DNA from: Ranitomeya imitator
Lineage: Eukaryota
DNA length: 64,000 bases
NCBI RefSeq assembly: GCF_032444005.1
Contig: NC_091283.1
Location: 415,648,001-415,712,000 of the forward strand
Reading direction: 5' to 3'
Part shown: in pieces, positions 44,900 through 57,234 of the stretch
Layout of the letters: the number at the start of each line of letters is the position of its first letter
Numbering within the stretch: the first letter of the stretch is position 1
The notes under the pieces: model-generated
Seen by the model: the letters and a program-made list of their open reading frames with translations, nothing else
Database searches by the model: none
Told to the model about the DNA's origin: nothing
Made by a program: the position numbers and the translations under genes

Positions 44900-46620
44900 G
44901 TCTCGTGGGGTGTTCCCGGTATACGGCGGGTCTCGTGTGGTGCTGTCGGTATATGGCAGGTCTCGGGTATTCCCGGTATACGGCAGGTCTCGTGGGGTGT
45001 TATCGGTATACGACGGGTCTTGTGGGGTGTTCCCGGTATACGGCAGGTCTCGTGGGGTGTTATCGGTATACGACGGGTCTCGTGGGGTGTTCCCGGTATA
45101 CGGCAGGTCTCGTGGGGTGTTATCGGTATACGGTGGGTCTCGTGGGGAGTTCCCGGTATATGGCGGGTCTCGAGGGGTGTTGTCAGTATACGGCAGGACT
45201 CGTGGAGAGTTCCCGGTATACGGCAGGTGTCGTGGGGTGTTATCGGTATACGGCAGGTCTCGTGGGGAGTTCCCGGTATATGGCGGGTCTCATAGGGTGT
45301 TATCGGTATACTGCGGGTCTCATGGGGTGTTATCGGTATATGGCGGGGCTCATGGGGTGTTATCGGTATACGGTGGGTCTCGTGGGGAGTTCCCGGTATA
45401 TGGCGGGTCTCGTGCGGTGCTATCGGTATACGGCGGCTCTCGTGGGGAGTTCCCGGTATATGGCGGGTCTCGTGCGGTGCTATCGGTATACGGCGGGTCT
45501 CGTGGGGAGTTCCCGGTATATGGCAGGTCTCGAGGGGTGTTGTCAGTATACGGCAGGTCTCATGGAGAGTTCCCGGTATATGGCGGGTCTCATAGGGTGT
45601 TATCGGTATACTGCGGGTCTCATGGGGAGTTCCCGGTATATGGCAGGTCTCGAGGGGTGACCGTGTTGTCAGTATACGGCAGGTCTCGTGGAGAGTTCCC
45701 GGTATACGGCGGGTCTCGTGGGGAGTTCCCGGTATATGGCAGGTCTCGAGGGGTGACCGTGTTGTCAGTATACGGCAGGTCTCGTGGAGAGTTCCCGGTA
45801 TACGGCAGGTGTCGTGGAGAGTTCCCGGTATACGGCAGGTGTCGTGGAGAGTTCCCGGTATACGGCAGGTGTCGTGGAGAGTTCCCGGTATACGGCGGGT
45901 CTCGTGGGGTGTTATCGGTATACGGCGGGTCTCGTGGGGTGTTATCGGTATACGGCAGGTCTCGTTGGGAGTTCCCGGTATATGGCGGGTCTCATAGGGT
46001 GTTATCGGTATACTGCGGGTCTCATGGGGTGTTATCGGTATATGGCGGGTCTCATGGGGTGTTATCGGTATACGGCAGGTCTCGTGGGGTGTTATCGGTA
46101 TACGGCAGGTCTCGTGGGGTGTTATCGGTATACGGCAGGTCTCGTTGGGAGTTCCCGGTATATGGCGGGTCTCATAGGGTGTTATCGGTATACTGCGGGT
46201 CTCATGGGGTGTTATCGGTATACGGCAGGTCTCGTGGGGTGTTATCGGTATACGGCAGGTCTCGTGGGGTGTTATCGGTATACGGCAGGTCTCGTGGGGT
46301 GTTATCGGTATACGGCAGGTCTCGTTGGGAGTTCCCGGTATATGGCGGGTCTCATAGGGTGTTATCGGTATACTGCGGGTCTCATGGGGTGTTATCGGTA
46401 TACTGCGGGTCTCATGGGGTGTTATCGGTATATGGCGGGTCTCATAGGGTGTTATCGGTATACTGCGGGTCTCATGGGGTGTTATCGGTATATGGCGGGT
46501 CTCGTGCGGTGTTATCGGTATACGGCAGGTCTCGTTGGGAGTTCCCGGTATATGGCAGGTCTCATGGGGTGTTATCGGTATACTGCGGGTCTCATGGGGT
46601 GTTGCCGCTACACGGCAGCT
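44900..46620 (+). repeat. 30-bp minisatellite, ~57 copies
   Basis: Unit CTCGTGGGGTGTT(A/C)(T/C)CGGTATACGGCAGGT. Its length is a multiple of 3, which explains the long repetitive ORFs. Confidence 0.95.
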
Positions 46621-46645
46621 GCGGGAAGTTACACATGGTATTTAA

Positions 46646-47528
46646 AGGGAAACTGTCACCCCGTTTTTTGAGATTGAGCTATAAATACTGTTAAATAGGG
46701 CCTGCGCTGTGCGTTACTATAGTGTATGTAGTGTACCCTGATTCCCCATGTATGCTGAGAAATACATTACCAAAGTCGCCGTTTTCGCCTGTCAATCAGG
46801 CTGGTCTGGTCAGGTGGGCGTGTTCACAGCGCTCTTTTCTTCCCCAGCTTTCCGTTGGTGGCGTAGTGGTGTGCGCATGTCCAGAGTTCCGACTTCCCTG
46901 CGCCCACGTGAAGACACAGCGCGCGATCTGCGCTGTAATCCCTTGCATCGGTGGGGGCGGCCATCTTCCTGGGGCCGCGCGTGCGCAGATGGAGTGCTCT
47001 GCTGCACGGGGCTTCAGGAAAATGGCCGCGGGATGCCGCGCGTGCGCATTAGAGATCGCGGCGGCCATTTTCCCAAAGCCGAGTTTGCATCTCGGCTTTG
47101 GGAAAATGGCCGCCGCGATCTCTAATGCGCACGCGCGGCATCCCGCGGCCATTTTCCTGAAGCCCCGTGCAGCAGAGCACTCCATCTGCGCACGCGCGGC
47201 CCCAGGAAGATGGCCGCCCCCACCGATGCAAGGGATTACAGCGCAGATCGCGCGCTGTGTCTTCACGTGGGCGCAGGGAAGTCGGAACTCTGGACATGCG
47301 CACACCACTACGCCACCAACGGAAAGCTGGGGAAGAAAAGAGCGCTGTGAACACGCCCACCTGACCAGACCAGCCTGATTGACAGGCGAAAAAGGCGACT
47401 TTGGTAATGTATTTCTCAGCATACATGGGGAATCAGGGTACACTACATACACCATAGTAACGCACAGCGCAGGCCCTATTTAACAGTATTTATAGCTCAA
47501 TCTCAAAAAACGGGGTGACAGGTTCCCT
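46646..47528. mobile_element. Second copy of the palindromic Kolobok/T2 MITE (883 bp)
   Basis: TTAA TSDs at 46642-46645 and 47529-47532. Same family as 2005-2890. Confidence 0.9.
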
Positions 47529-47929
47529 TTAAGTGGCATGTGGCAATAATTCGCTTGGAAATTGTGAATTTTTTGCCTCATTTCATAAGGGGACAACAAA
47601 CAAGTTGTTTTGCATTCACAGAAATGTTTTCCGGATACACGTCCTGTTCCTGAGGGGTAAAATGTACAGTGACAGTAGTGACTGTCATTAAAATTCTTTC
47701 CTGTCCCTTAATTTGTACTTCGTTTCTTATAAGTAATTGTTGCTAGTGAACTACAAGTTCCAGCAATCGCCCCCGAACGCGAGTCCCCTCCCCCAAGCCC
47801 CCCCCCCCCCCAGGTCCCTTCATTTAATCTGCATGTACTCCTGTCACCCCCTAACCCCCACACCCTGTCACTCAAAGTGTTCATTAGCATATGACCCTCC
47901 CCTTCTCGGCACTTGTACTTGCTTACGAG

Positions 47930-48230
47930 AAGCGGGCGTGGTCTATGCCCTGTTAACCAATGAGCGCAGCTCTGAAGATCCGGTCAGTATGGCGGGCTTT
48001 TCCTCCCCGGGGTGAAGTTCGCAGTGTGGATTCAGAAGCCACGGTTGTCATGGTAACTGGAGACCGGCGGGCGGGAAATGGAGCGAGATCTCTGTATTAT
48101 TTGCGATTATTGGATTTTACTGAAGGGCAGTGAGAAATATCCTGTCAGCAGCGACGTCCTGAGCGTCACATACCCGTCTGCTGGGGAAGGTGACTAGTTC
48201 GTGAAGTGACTTCATTTCTTCATTCCTGAG
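47930..48230 (+). promoter_or_regulatory. CpG-rich promoter / first-exon candidate of a downstream gene (FAAP100 by mammalian synteny, unconfirmed)
   Basis: GGGCGTGGTC 47934-47943, CCAAT 47957-47961, ATGGCGG 47989-47995, X-box GTTGTCATGGTAAC 48044-48057 and E2F-like GGCGGGAAA 48070-48078. Candidate donors are GAAG|GTGACT and GAG|GTAAAA. Confidence 0.6.
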
Positions 48231-48354
48231 GTAAAAATGTAGCTATATGCGATTATTCATGTAGCTGTGGGGGTGCCAGCCTTTAATGTGGATTATGTGG
48301 TGACACCTGGGATTCTCTATACATGTCCATAGAGCAGTGGTCGAGCACATTGCG

Positions 48355-51300
48355 ATTACCCTCCCCCTTCGGTGTATAACATCCAGCCCCTCTTCCCCCG
48401 GACCCCCAGTGTATATCCTCCGCCTCCCCCCATGTATACTAAATGGACCCTCCCCCTTCGGTGTATAACATCCAGCCCCTCTTCCCCCAGTGTATATCCT
48501 CCGCCTCCCCCCCATGTATACTAAATGGACCCTCCCCCTTCGGTGTATAACATCCAGCCCTTCTTCCCCCAGTGTATATCCTCCGCCTCCCCCCATGTAT
48601 ACTAAATGGACCCTCCCCCTTCGGTGTATAACATCCAGCCCCTCTTCCCCCAGTGTATATCCTCCGCCTCCCCCCCATGTATACTAAATGGACCCTCCCC
48701 CTTCGGTGTATAACATCCAGCCCCTCTTCCCCCAATGTATATCCTCCGCCTCTCCCCCATGTATACTAAATGGACCCTCCCCCTTCGGTGTATAACATCC
48801 AGCCCCTCTTCCCCCAGTGTATATCCTCCGCCTCCCCCCCATATATACTAAATGGACCCTCCCCCTTCGGTGTATAACATCCAGCCCTTCTTCCCCCAGT
48901 GTATATCCTCCGCCTCCCCCCATGTATACTAAATGGACCCTCCCCCTTCGGTGTATAACATCCAGCCCCTCTTCCCCCAGTGTATATCCTCCGCCTCCCC
49001 CCCATGTATACTAAATGGACCCTCCCCCTTCGGTGTATAACATCCAGCCCCTCTTCCCCCAGTGTATATCCTCCGCCTCTCCCGCATGTATACTAAATGG
49101 ACCCTCCCCCTTCGGTGTATAACATCCAGCCCCTCTTCCCCCAGTGTATATCCTCCGCCTCTCCCCCAAGTATACTAAATGGACCCTCCCCCTTCGGTGT
49201 ATAACATCCAGCCCCTCTTCCCCCAATGTATATCCTCCGCCTCTCCCCCATGTATACTAAATGGACCCTCCCCCTTCGGTGTATAACATCCAGCCCCTCT
49301 TCCCCCAGTGTATATCCTCCGCCTCCCCCCCATGTATACTAAATGGACCCTCCCCCTTCGGTGTATAACATCCAGCCCCTCTTCCCCCAGTGTATATCCT
49401 CCGCCTCCCCACATGTATACTAAATGGACCCTCCCCCTTCGGTGTATAACATCCAGCCCCTCTTCCCCCAGTGTATATCCTCCGCCTCTCCCCCATGTAT
49501 ACTAAATGGACCCTCCCCCTTCGGTGTATAACATCCAGCCCCTCTTCCCCCAGTGTATATCCTCCGCCTCCCCACATGTATACTAAATGGACCCTCCCCC
49601 TTCGGTGTATAACATCCAGCCCCTCTTCCCCCAGTGTATATCCTCCGCCTCCCCCCCATGTATACTAAATGGACCCTCCCCCTTCGGTGTATAACATCCA
49701 GCCCCTCTTCCCCCAGTGTATATCCTCCGCCTCCCCCCCATGTACACTAAATGGACCCTCCCCCTTCGGTGTATAACATCCAGCCCCTCTTCCCCCAGTG
49801 TATATCCTCCGCCTCCCCCCCATGTACACTAAATGGACCCTCCCCCTTCGGTGTATAACATCCAGCCCCTCTTCCCCCAGTGTATATCCTCCGCCTCCCC
49901 CCCCATGTACACTAAATGGACCCTCCCCCTTCGGTGTATAACATCCAGCCCCTCTTCCCCCAGTGTATATCCTCCGCCTCCCCCCATGTACACTAAATGG
50001 ACCCTCCCCCTTCGGTGTATAACATCCAGCCCCTCTTCCCCCAGTGTATATCCTCCGCCTCCCCCCCATGTACACTAAATGGACCCTCCCCCTTCGGTGT
50101 ATAACATCCAGCCCCTCTTCCCCCAGTGTATATCCTCCGCCTCCCCCCCATGTATACTAAATGGACCCTCCCCCTTCGGTGTATAACATCCAGCCCCTCT
50201 TCCCCCAGTGTATATCCTCCGCCTCCCCCCATGTATACTAAATGGACCCTCCCCCTTCAGTGTATAACATCCAGCCCCTCTTCCCCCAGTGTATATCCTC
50301 CGCCTCCCCCCCATGTATACTAAATGGACCCTCCCCCTTCGGTGTATAACATCCAGCCCCTCTTCCCCCAGTGTATATCCTCCGCCTCTCCCCCATGTAT
50401 ACTAAATGGACCCTCCCCCTTCGGTGTATAACATCCAGCCCCTCTTCCCCCAGTGTATATCCTCCGCCTCTCCCCCATGTATACTAAATGGACCCTCCCC
50501 CTTCGGTGTATAACATCCAGCCCCTCTTCCCCCAGTGTATATCCTCCGCCTCCCCCCCATGTATACTAAATGGACCCTCCCCCTTCGGTGTATAACATCC
50601 AGCCCCTCTTCCCCCAGTGTATATCCTCCGCCTCCCCCCATGTATACTAAATGGACCCTCCCCCTTCGGTGTATAACATCCAGCCCCTCTTCCCCCAGTG
50701 TATATCCTCCGCCTCCCCATATGTATACTAAATGGACCCTCCCCCTTCGGTGTATAACATCCAGCCCCTCTTCCCCAAGTGTATATCCTCCGCCTCTCCC
50801 CCATGTATACTAAATGGACCCTCCCCCTTCGGTGTATAACATCCAGTCCCTCTTCCCCCAGTGTATATCCTCCGCCTCCCCCCCCATGTATACTAAATGG
50901 ACCCTCCCTCTTCGGTGTATAACATCCAGCCCCTCTTCCCCCAGTGTATATCCTCCTCCTCTCTCCCATGTATACTAAATGGACCCTCCCCCTTCGGTGT
51001 ATAACATCCAGCCCCTCTTCCCCCAGTGTATATCCTCCGCCTCTCCCCCATGTATACTAAATGGACCCTCCCCCTTCGGTGTATAACATCCAGCCCCTCT
51101 TCCCCCAGTGTATATCCTCCGCCTCTCCCCCAAGTATACTAAATGGACCCTCCCCCTTCGGTGTATAACATCCAGCCCCTCTTCCCCCAATGTATATCCT
51201 CCGCCTCTCCCCCATGTATACTAAATGGACCCTCCCCCTTCGGTGTATAACATCCAGCCCATCTTCCCCCAGTGTATATCCTTCGCCTCCCCCCCCCCCC

Positions 51301-54300
51301 CCCCCATGTATACTAAATGGACCCTCCCCCTTCGGTGTATAACATCCAGCCCCTCTTCCCCCAGTGTATATCCTCCGCCTCCCCACATGTATACTAAATG
51401 GACCCTCCCGCTTGGTGTATAACATCCAGCCCCTCTTCCCCCAGTGTATATCCTCCGCCTCTCCCCCATGTATACTAAATGGACCCTCCCCCTTTGGTGT
51501 ATAACATCCAGCCCCTCTTCCCCCAGTGTATATCCTCCGCCTCCCCCCCATGTATACTAAATGGACCCTCCCCCTTCGGTGTATAACATCCAGCCCCTCT
51601 TCCCCCAGTGTTTATCCTCCGCCTCTCCCCCATGTATACTAAATGGACCCTCCCCCTTCGGTGTATAACATCCAGCCCCTCTTCCCCCAGTGTATATCCT
51701 CCTCCTCTCCCCCATGTATACTAAATGGACCCTCCCCCTTCGGTGTATAACATCCAGCCCCTCTTCCCCCAGTGTATATCCTCCGCCTCCCCCCCCCATG
51801 TATACTAAATGGACCCTCCCCCTTCGGTGTATAACATCCAGCCCCTCTTCCCCCAGTGTATAGCCTCCGCCTCCCCCCCATGTATACTATTTGGACCCTC
51901 CCCCTTCGGTGTATAACATCCAGCCCCTCTTCCCCCAGTGTATATCCTCCGCCTCCCCCCCCCATGTATACTAAATGGACCCTCCCCCTTCGGTGTATAA
52001 CATCCAGCCCCTCTTCCCCCAGTGTATATCCTCCGCCTCCCCCCATGTATACTATTTGGACCCTCACCCTTCGGTGTATAACATCCAGCCCCTCTTCCCC
52101 CAGTGTATATCCTCCGCCTCCCCCCATGTATACTAAATGGACCCTCCCCCTTCGGTGTATAACATCCAGCCCCTCTTCCCCCAGTGTATATCCTCCGCCT
52201 CCCCATATGTATACTAAATGGACCCTCCCCCTTCGGTGTATAACATCCAGCCCCTCTTCCCCCAGTGTATATCCTCCGCCTCTCCCCCATGTATACTAAA
52301 TGGACCCTCCCCCTTCGGTGTATAACATCCAGTCCCTCTTCCCCCAGTGTATATCCTCCGCCTCCCCCCCCATGTATACTAAATGGACCCTCCCTCTTCG
52401 GTGTATAACATCCAGCCCCTCTTCCCCCAGTGTATATCCTCCTCCTCTCCCCCATGTATACTAAATGGACCCTCCCCCTTCGGTGTATAACATCCAGCCC
52501 CTCTTCCCCCAGTGTATATCCTCCGCCTCTCCCCCATGTATACTAAATGGACCCTCCCCCTTCGGTGTATAACATCCAGCCCCTCTTCCCCCAGTGTATA
52601 TCCTCCGCCTCTCCCCCAAGTATACTAAATGGACCCTCCCCCTTCGGTGTATAACATCCAGCCCCTCTTCCCCCAATGTATATCCTCCGCCTCTCCCCCA
52701 TGTATACTAAATGGACCCTCCCCCTTCGGTGTATAACATCCAGCCCATCTTCCCCCAGTGTATATCCTTCGCCTCCCCCCCCCCCCCATGTATACTAAAT
52801 GGACCCTCCCCCTTCGGTGTATAACATCCAGCCCCTCTTCCCCCAGTGTATATCCTCCGCCTCCCCCCCATGTATACTAAATGGACCCTCCCCCTTCGGT
52901 GTATAACATCCAGCCCCTCTTCCCCCAGTGTTTATCCTCCGCCTCTCCCCCATGTATACTAAATGGACCCTCCCCCTTCGGTGTATAACATCCAGCCCCT
53001 CTTCCCCCAGTGTATATCCTCCTCCTCTCCCCCATGTATACTAAATGGACCCTCCCCCTTCGGTGTATAACATCCAGCCCCTCTTCCCCCAGTGTATATC
53101 CTCCGCCTCCCCCCCCCATGTATACTAAATGGACCCTCCCCCTTCGGTGTATAACATCCAGCCCCTCTTCCCCCAGTGTATAGCCTCCGCCTCCCCCCCC
53201 ATGTATACTATTTGGACCCTCCCCCTTCGGTGTATAACATCCAGCCCCTCTTCCCCCAGTGTATATCCTCCGCCTCCCCCCCCATGTATACTAAATGGAC
53301 CCTCCCCCTTTGGTGTATAACATCCAGCCCCTCTTCCCCCAGTGTATATCCTCCGCCTCCCCCCATGTATACTATTTGGACCCTCACCCTTCGGTGTATA
53401 ACATCCAGCCCCTCTTCCCCCAGTGTATATCCTCCGCCTCCCCCCCATGCAGGGTGGATAAAAATCAATGTTTTTTTAAAAAAAAAATCAAAAAAATCGG
53501 ATTTTTTTTATTTAAATCGGATTTTTTTGATTTAAATCGGATTTTTTTGATTTAAATCAGATTTTTTTCAATAAACTGCTTTTTGAGGAAAATATTTTAC
53601 CATCCAAAGGTTCTTCCATCATGAGATAAAGCTGAGTTGTTTAACTCAGTAGAATAAAGGCTGTATATGTGTAACATTCCCAATGCCATGCTATTCCAGA
53701 GGTTTCTGTAGGATTAGTGGGCAGTTTCTCTCCTATATTATCACAGACGCTCGCTTTACTTACGCAGTTCTCAAAACTGAATTTGACTCCGCAGAGGTCC
53801 CAGTCTCTTCTTTAGGGCAAAAATGTTACAACATGAACAGAGTTGAGAAAAAGACCTTAATCCTATTGTTCTAGGATTAAGGAGGAGGAAGGGCAAGCAG
53901 ACAAGAAAATGAAAGTGAAACTTTGAGCACAATACTGCAGCATAGCCACAGACAGACAAGTCTGGATCTGTTTGTGTGTACGATCTGAGGTTTATTACAT
54001 TCTTTCCTTATAATGGCAGCAGGCCGTAAAAGAGACCCAGTTTGGGAATATTTTAATGAAGCTCCTTCGCCTATCGGTAAGGCAGGCATGCGTGCAAAAT
54101 GCAAACGATGCAACAAAGAGATGCAAAGCCTGGTGGCGCGAATGAGGCAACATCATGAGAAGTGCGGTGATGAAGAGGAGTCATCCTCCTCCTCACACTT
54201 AGATTCACATTCTTCTTGTGTTGTGCAGATCTATTCCACTCCAAAAAATCAGAAACATATTGTCTAACTTCTTGGACTTGGCACTGAAAGGGTTGATTCT

Positions 54301-55330
54301 GTATTCATAGGTTTGTAGAACAATAGGATTAAGGTCTTTTTCTCAACTCTGTTCATGTTGTAACATTTTTGCCGTGAAGAAGAGGCTGGGACCTCTGCGG
54401 AGTCAAATTCAGTTAGGTAGAAACTTTGATTTAAATCAAGCCTTACTGACTAGTGATTTAAATCGTGATTTAAATCAGTTAGATTTAAATCAAATCCACC
54501 CTGCCCCCATGTATACTAAATGGACCCTCCCCCTTCAGTGTATAACATCCAGCCCATCTTCCCCCAGTGTATATCCTTCGCCTCCCCCCCCCCCCCCATG
54601 TATACTAAATGGACCCTCCCTCTTCGGTGTATAACATCCAGCCCCTCTTCCCCCAGTGTATATCCTCCTCCTCTCCCCCATGTATACTAAATGGACCGTC
54701 CCCCTTCGGTGTATAACATCCAGCCCCTCTTCCCCCAGTGTATATCCTCCGCCTCCCCCCCATGTATACTAAATGGACCCTCCCCCTTCGGTGTATAACA
54801 TCCAGCCCCTCTTCCCCCAGTGTATATCCTCCGCCTCCCCCCATGTATACTATTTGGACCCTCCCCCTTCGGTGTATAACATCCAGCCCCTCTTCCCCCA
54901 GTGTATATCATCCGGGCCCCTCCACCTCAGCCCCTCTTTCCCCAGTGTATATCCTCCGGGCCCCCCCACCTCAGCCCCTCTTCCCCCAGTGGATATCCTC
55001 CGGGCCCACCCACCTCAGCCCCTCTTCCCCCAGTGTATATCCTCCGGGCCCCCCATCTCAGCCCCTCTTTCCCCAGTGTATATCCTCCTCCTCTCCCCCA
55101 TGTATACTATTTGGACCCTCCCTCCTTCGGTGTATAACGTCCAGACCCTCTTCTCTCTTGTATATACGTCAGGACTCTCACCCCTCCACCCCACCATGTA
55201 TGACCTCCAAGTACTTGGCTCTCAGTGGATAACTTCCGACCCCTCGTCCCCCCCCTGGTGTATAACATCCAGACACTCTCCCCCCCCCCCCCCTCCCCGG
55301 GTGTATAGCATCCAGCTTTTTGTGCCCCTC
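48355..55330 (+). repeat. ~82-bp C-rich satellite (~62 copies before the hAT insertion, resuming after it and decaying at ~54900-55330)
   Basis: Unit CATGTATACTAAATGGACCCTCCCCCTTCGGTGTATAACATCCAGCCCCTCTTCCCCCAGTGTATATCCTCCGCCTCCCCCC. Confidence 0.97.
53450..54503 (+). mobile_element. hAT transposon deletion derivative with a BED zinc-finger remnant, inserted in the satellite
   Basis: TIRs CAGGGTGGAT / ATCCACCCTG and the 8-bp TSD CCCCCATG (53442-53449, 54504-54511). Subterminal GATTTAAATC repeats. ORF 54013-54267 reads MAAGRKRDPVWEYF...AKCKRCNKEMQSLVARMRQHHEKC. Confidence 0.93.
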
Positions 55331-55469
55331 CTGTGTATAGCCTCCGGCCCCCCACTATGCCATCCTTTAATATGAGACAGAAGGGTTGATGGTAAAGAGC
55401 TCACTGATACTAATGCGGTCCTGTAATAGTGGCCACCGGGGTAACAAGTCCCTTCATCACATTTCTAAC

Positions 55470-56075
55470 ATCTTGCCCATCACCTGTGTGAGATATTATT
55501 GAAAAGTGGAACTGCAGCAACTCAGCCACAAAGTGGAAACCCCATAGCATTACAGAATGGGGTCACAGAGTGCTGAGAGGGCAGAAAAGTGACCACCGCT
55601 CTGCTGACTCCATAACTGCAGAGACCAGACCTCCTCTGGCATAACATAGCACAAGCACTGCGCCTGGCCGGGAGCTTCAAGGCCGAGCAACTGCAAGCAG
55701 CCTTACATCACCAAGCACAATGTCGAGCATCGGATGGAATGGTGTAAATTCGCCACCACTGGACTCTGGAGGAAACGTGTTCTTTGCAGGGACGGATTAC
55801 ATTTCTCTATGTGGCATCTGATGAGAAGGGTCTGGATATGATGAATGCCAAGAGGACATTATCCCCCTGACTGCAGTAATTGATGTGAAAGGTGGTCCTA
55901 CAAAGTATTGACTCAGGCAGGCTGAATACAAATGCATGTCACAATTGTTCAGATCTAAAAAATTTTAAATAATTCAAAATCCCATGTACAATTTCCTTTA
56001 TACTTCACAAATGCTAGCTGTAATGTGAAAATGTGGAAATGTTCACGGGTTATGAATACTTTTTCAAGACACTGT
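55470..56075 (+). mobile_element. Degenerate Tc1-like transposase remnant
   Basis: Fragments PYITKHNVEHRMEWCK...HWTL..KRVL, with frameshifts. Confidence 0.72.
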
Positions 56076-56195
56076 GAGGTTTGTCCGAAGGTGTGGAGAG
56101 TGAAGCCAGTGCTGATTGTCCACGATCCCTGAGAGAGTCTGTACCGACACTGCTAGAATGGCACCGGTGTTATGGTGTTATTATTTAACCCCTTA

Positions 56196-57001
56196 AGGTA
56201 CCGTTACACTAAACGACTTACCGACGATCACGACCAGCGATACGACCTGGCCGTGATCGTTGGTAAGTTGTTGTGTGGTCGCTGGGGAGCTGTCACACAG
56301 ACAGCTCTCTCCAGCGACCAACGATCAGGGGAAAGACTTCGGCATCGTTGAAACTGTCTTCAACAATGCCGAAGTCCCCGGGTAACCAGGGTAAACATCG
56401 GGTTACGAAGTGCAGGGCCGCACTTAGTAACCCGATATTTACCCTGGTTACCATTGTAAAAGTTAAAAAAAAAACAGTACATACTCACATTCCGATGTCT
56501 GTCACGTCCCCCGCCGTCAGCTTCCCTGCACTGACTGTCACCGCCGGCCGTAAAGCAGAGCACAGCGGTGACGTCACCGCTGTGCTCTGCTTTACGGCCG
56601 GCGCTGACACAGTGCGGGAAGCTGACGGCAGGGGACGTGACAGACATCGGAATGTGAGTATGTACTGTTTTTTTTTTTTTTTTTAACTTTTACAATGGTA
56701 ACCAGGGTAAATATCGGGTTACTAAGCGCGGCCCTGCACTTAGTAACCCGATATTTACCCTGGTTACAAGTGAACACATCGCTGGATCGGCGTCACACTC
56801 GCCGATCCAGCGATGACAGCGGGTGATCAGCGACCAAAAAAAGGTCCTGATCATTCCCAGCGACCAACGATCTCCCAGTAGGGGCCTGATCGTTGGTCGC
56901 TGTCACACATAACGAGATCGTTAGCGGGATCGTTGCTACGTCACAAAAAGCGTGACGTTGCAACGATATTGTTAACGAAATCGTTATGTGTGTAGGTACC
57001 T
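56196..57001. mobile_element. Palindromic Harbinger-like MITE inserted in the left terminus of a piggyBac-like element
   Basis: TTA|AGGTACC ... GGTACCT|TTA. Removing it restores TTAACCCCTTAGTGACAGAGCC, the same terminus seen at 60081. Confidence 0.8.
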
Positions 57002-57234
57002 TTAGTGACAGAGCCAAATTTTTTAAATCTGACCAGTGTCACTTTATGTGGTAATATGCAACGCTTCAACAAATCCCAGTGATTTTGAGACTGTTTTTTC
57101 GTGACACATTATACTTTATGATAATGGTAAATTTAGGTCAATATGTTTTGTGTCTATTTATAAAAAGTATCAAAAATTTGAGAAAAATGTTTAAAAATTA
57201 GCAATTTTCTAAATTTGAATGATTATCCCTTTTA

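Noticed and set aside
44876-46694. Long ORFs of 594, 295 and 251 aa
   Set aside because: They are translations of a stop-free 30-bp minisatellite (unit divisible by 3), with no splice or promoter context.
47962-48190. Possible FAAP100 coding exon 1
   Set aside because: Only scattered resemblance (AGFSSPG, KPRL, KGSE) in different frames separated by stops. This is not enough to call a CDS.
48243-55404. Dozens of 60-216 aa ORFs on both strands (YTGGRGAGCYTPKGEG..., MYTKWTLPLRC...)
   Set aside because: They are products of the 82-bp satellite, and frames switch with C-run length.
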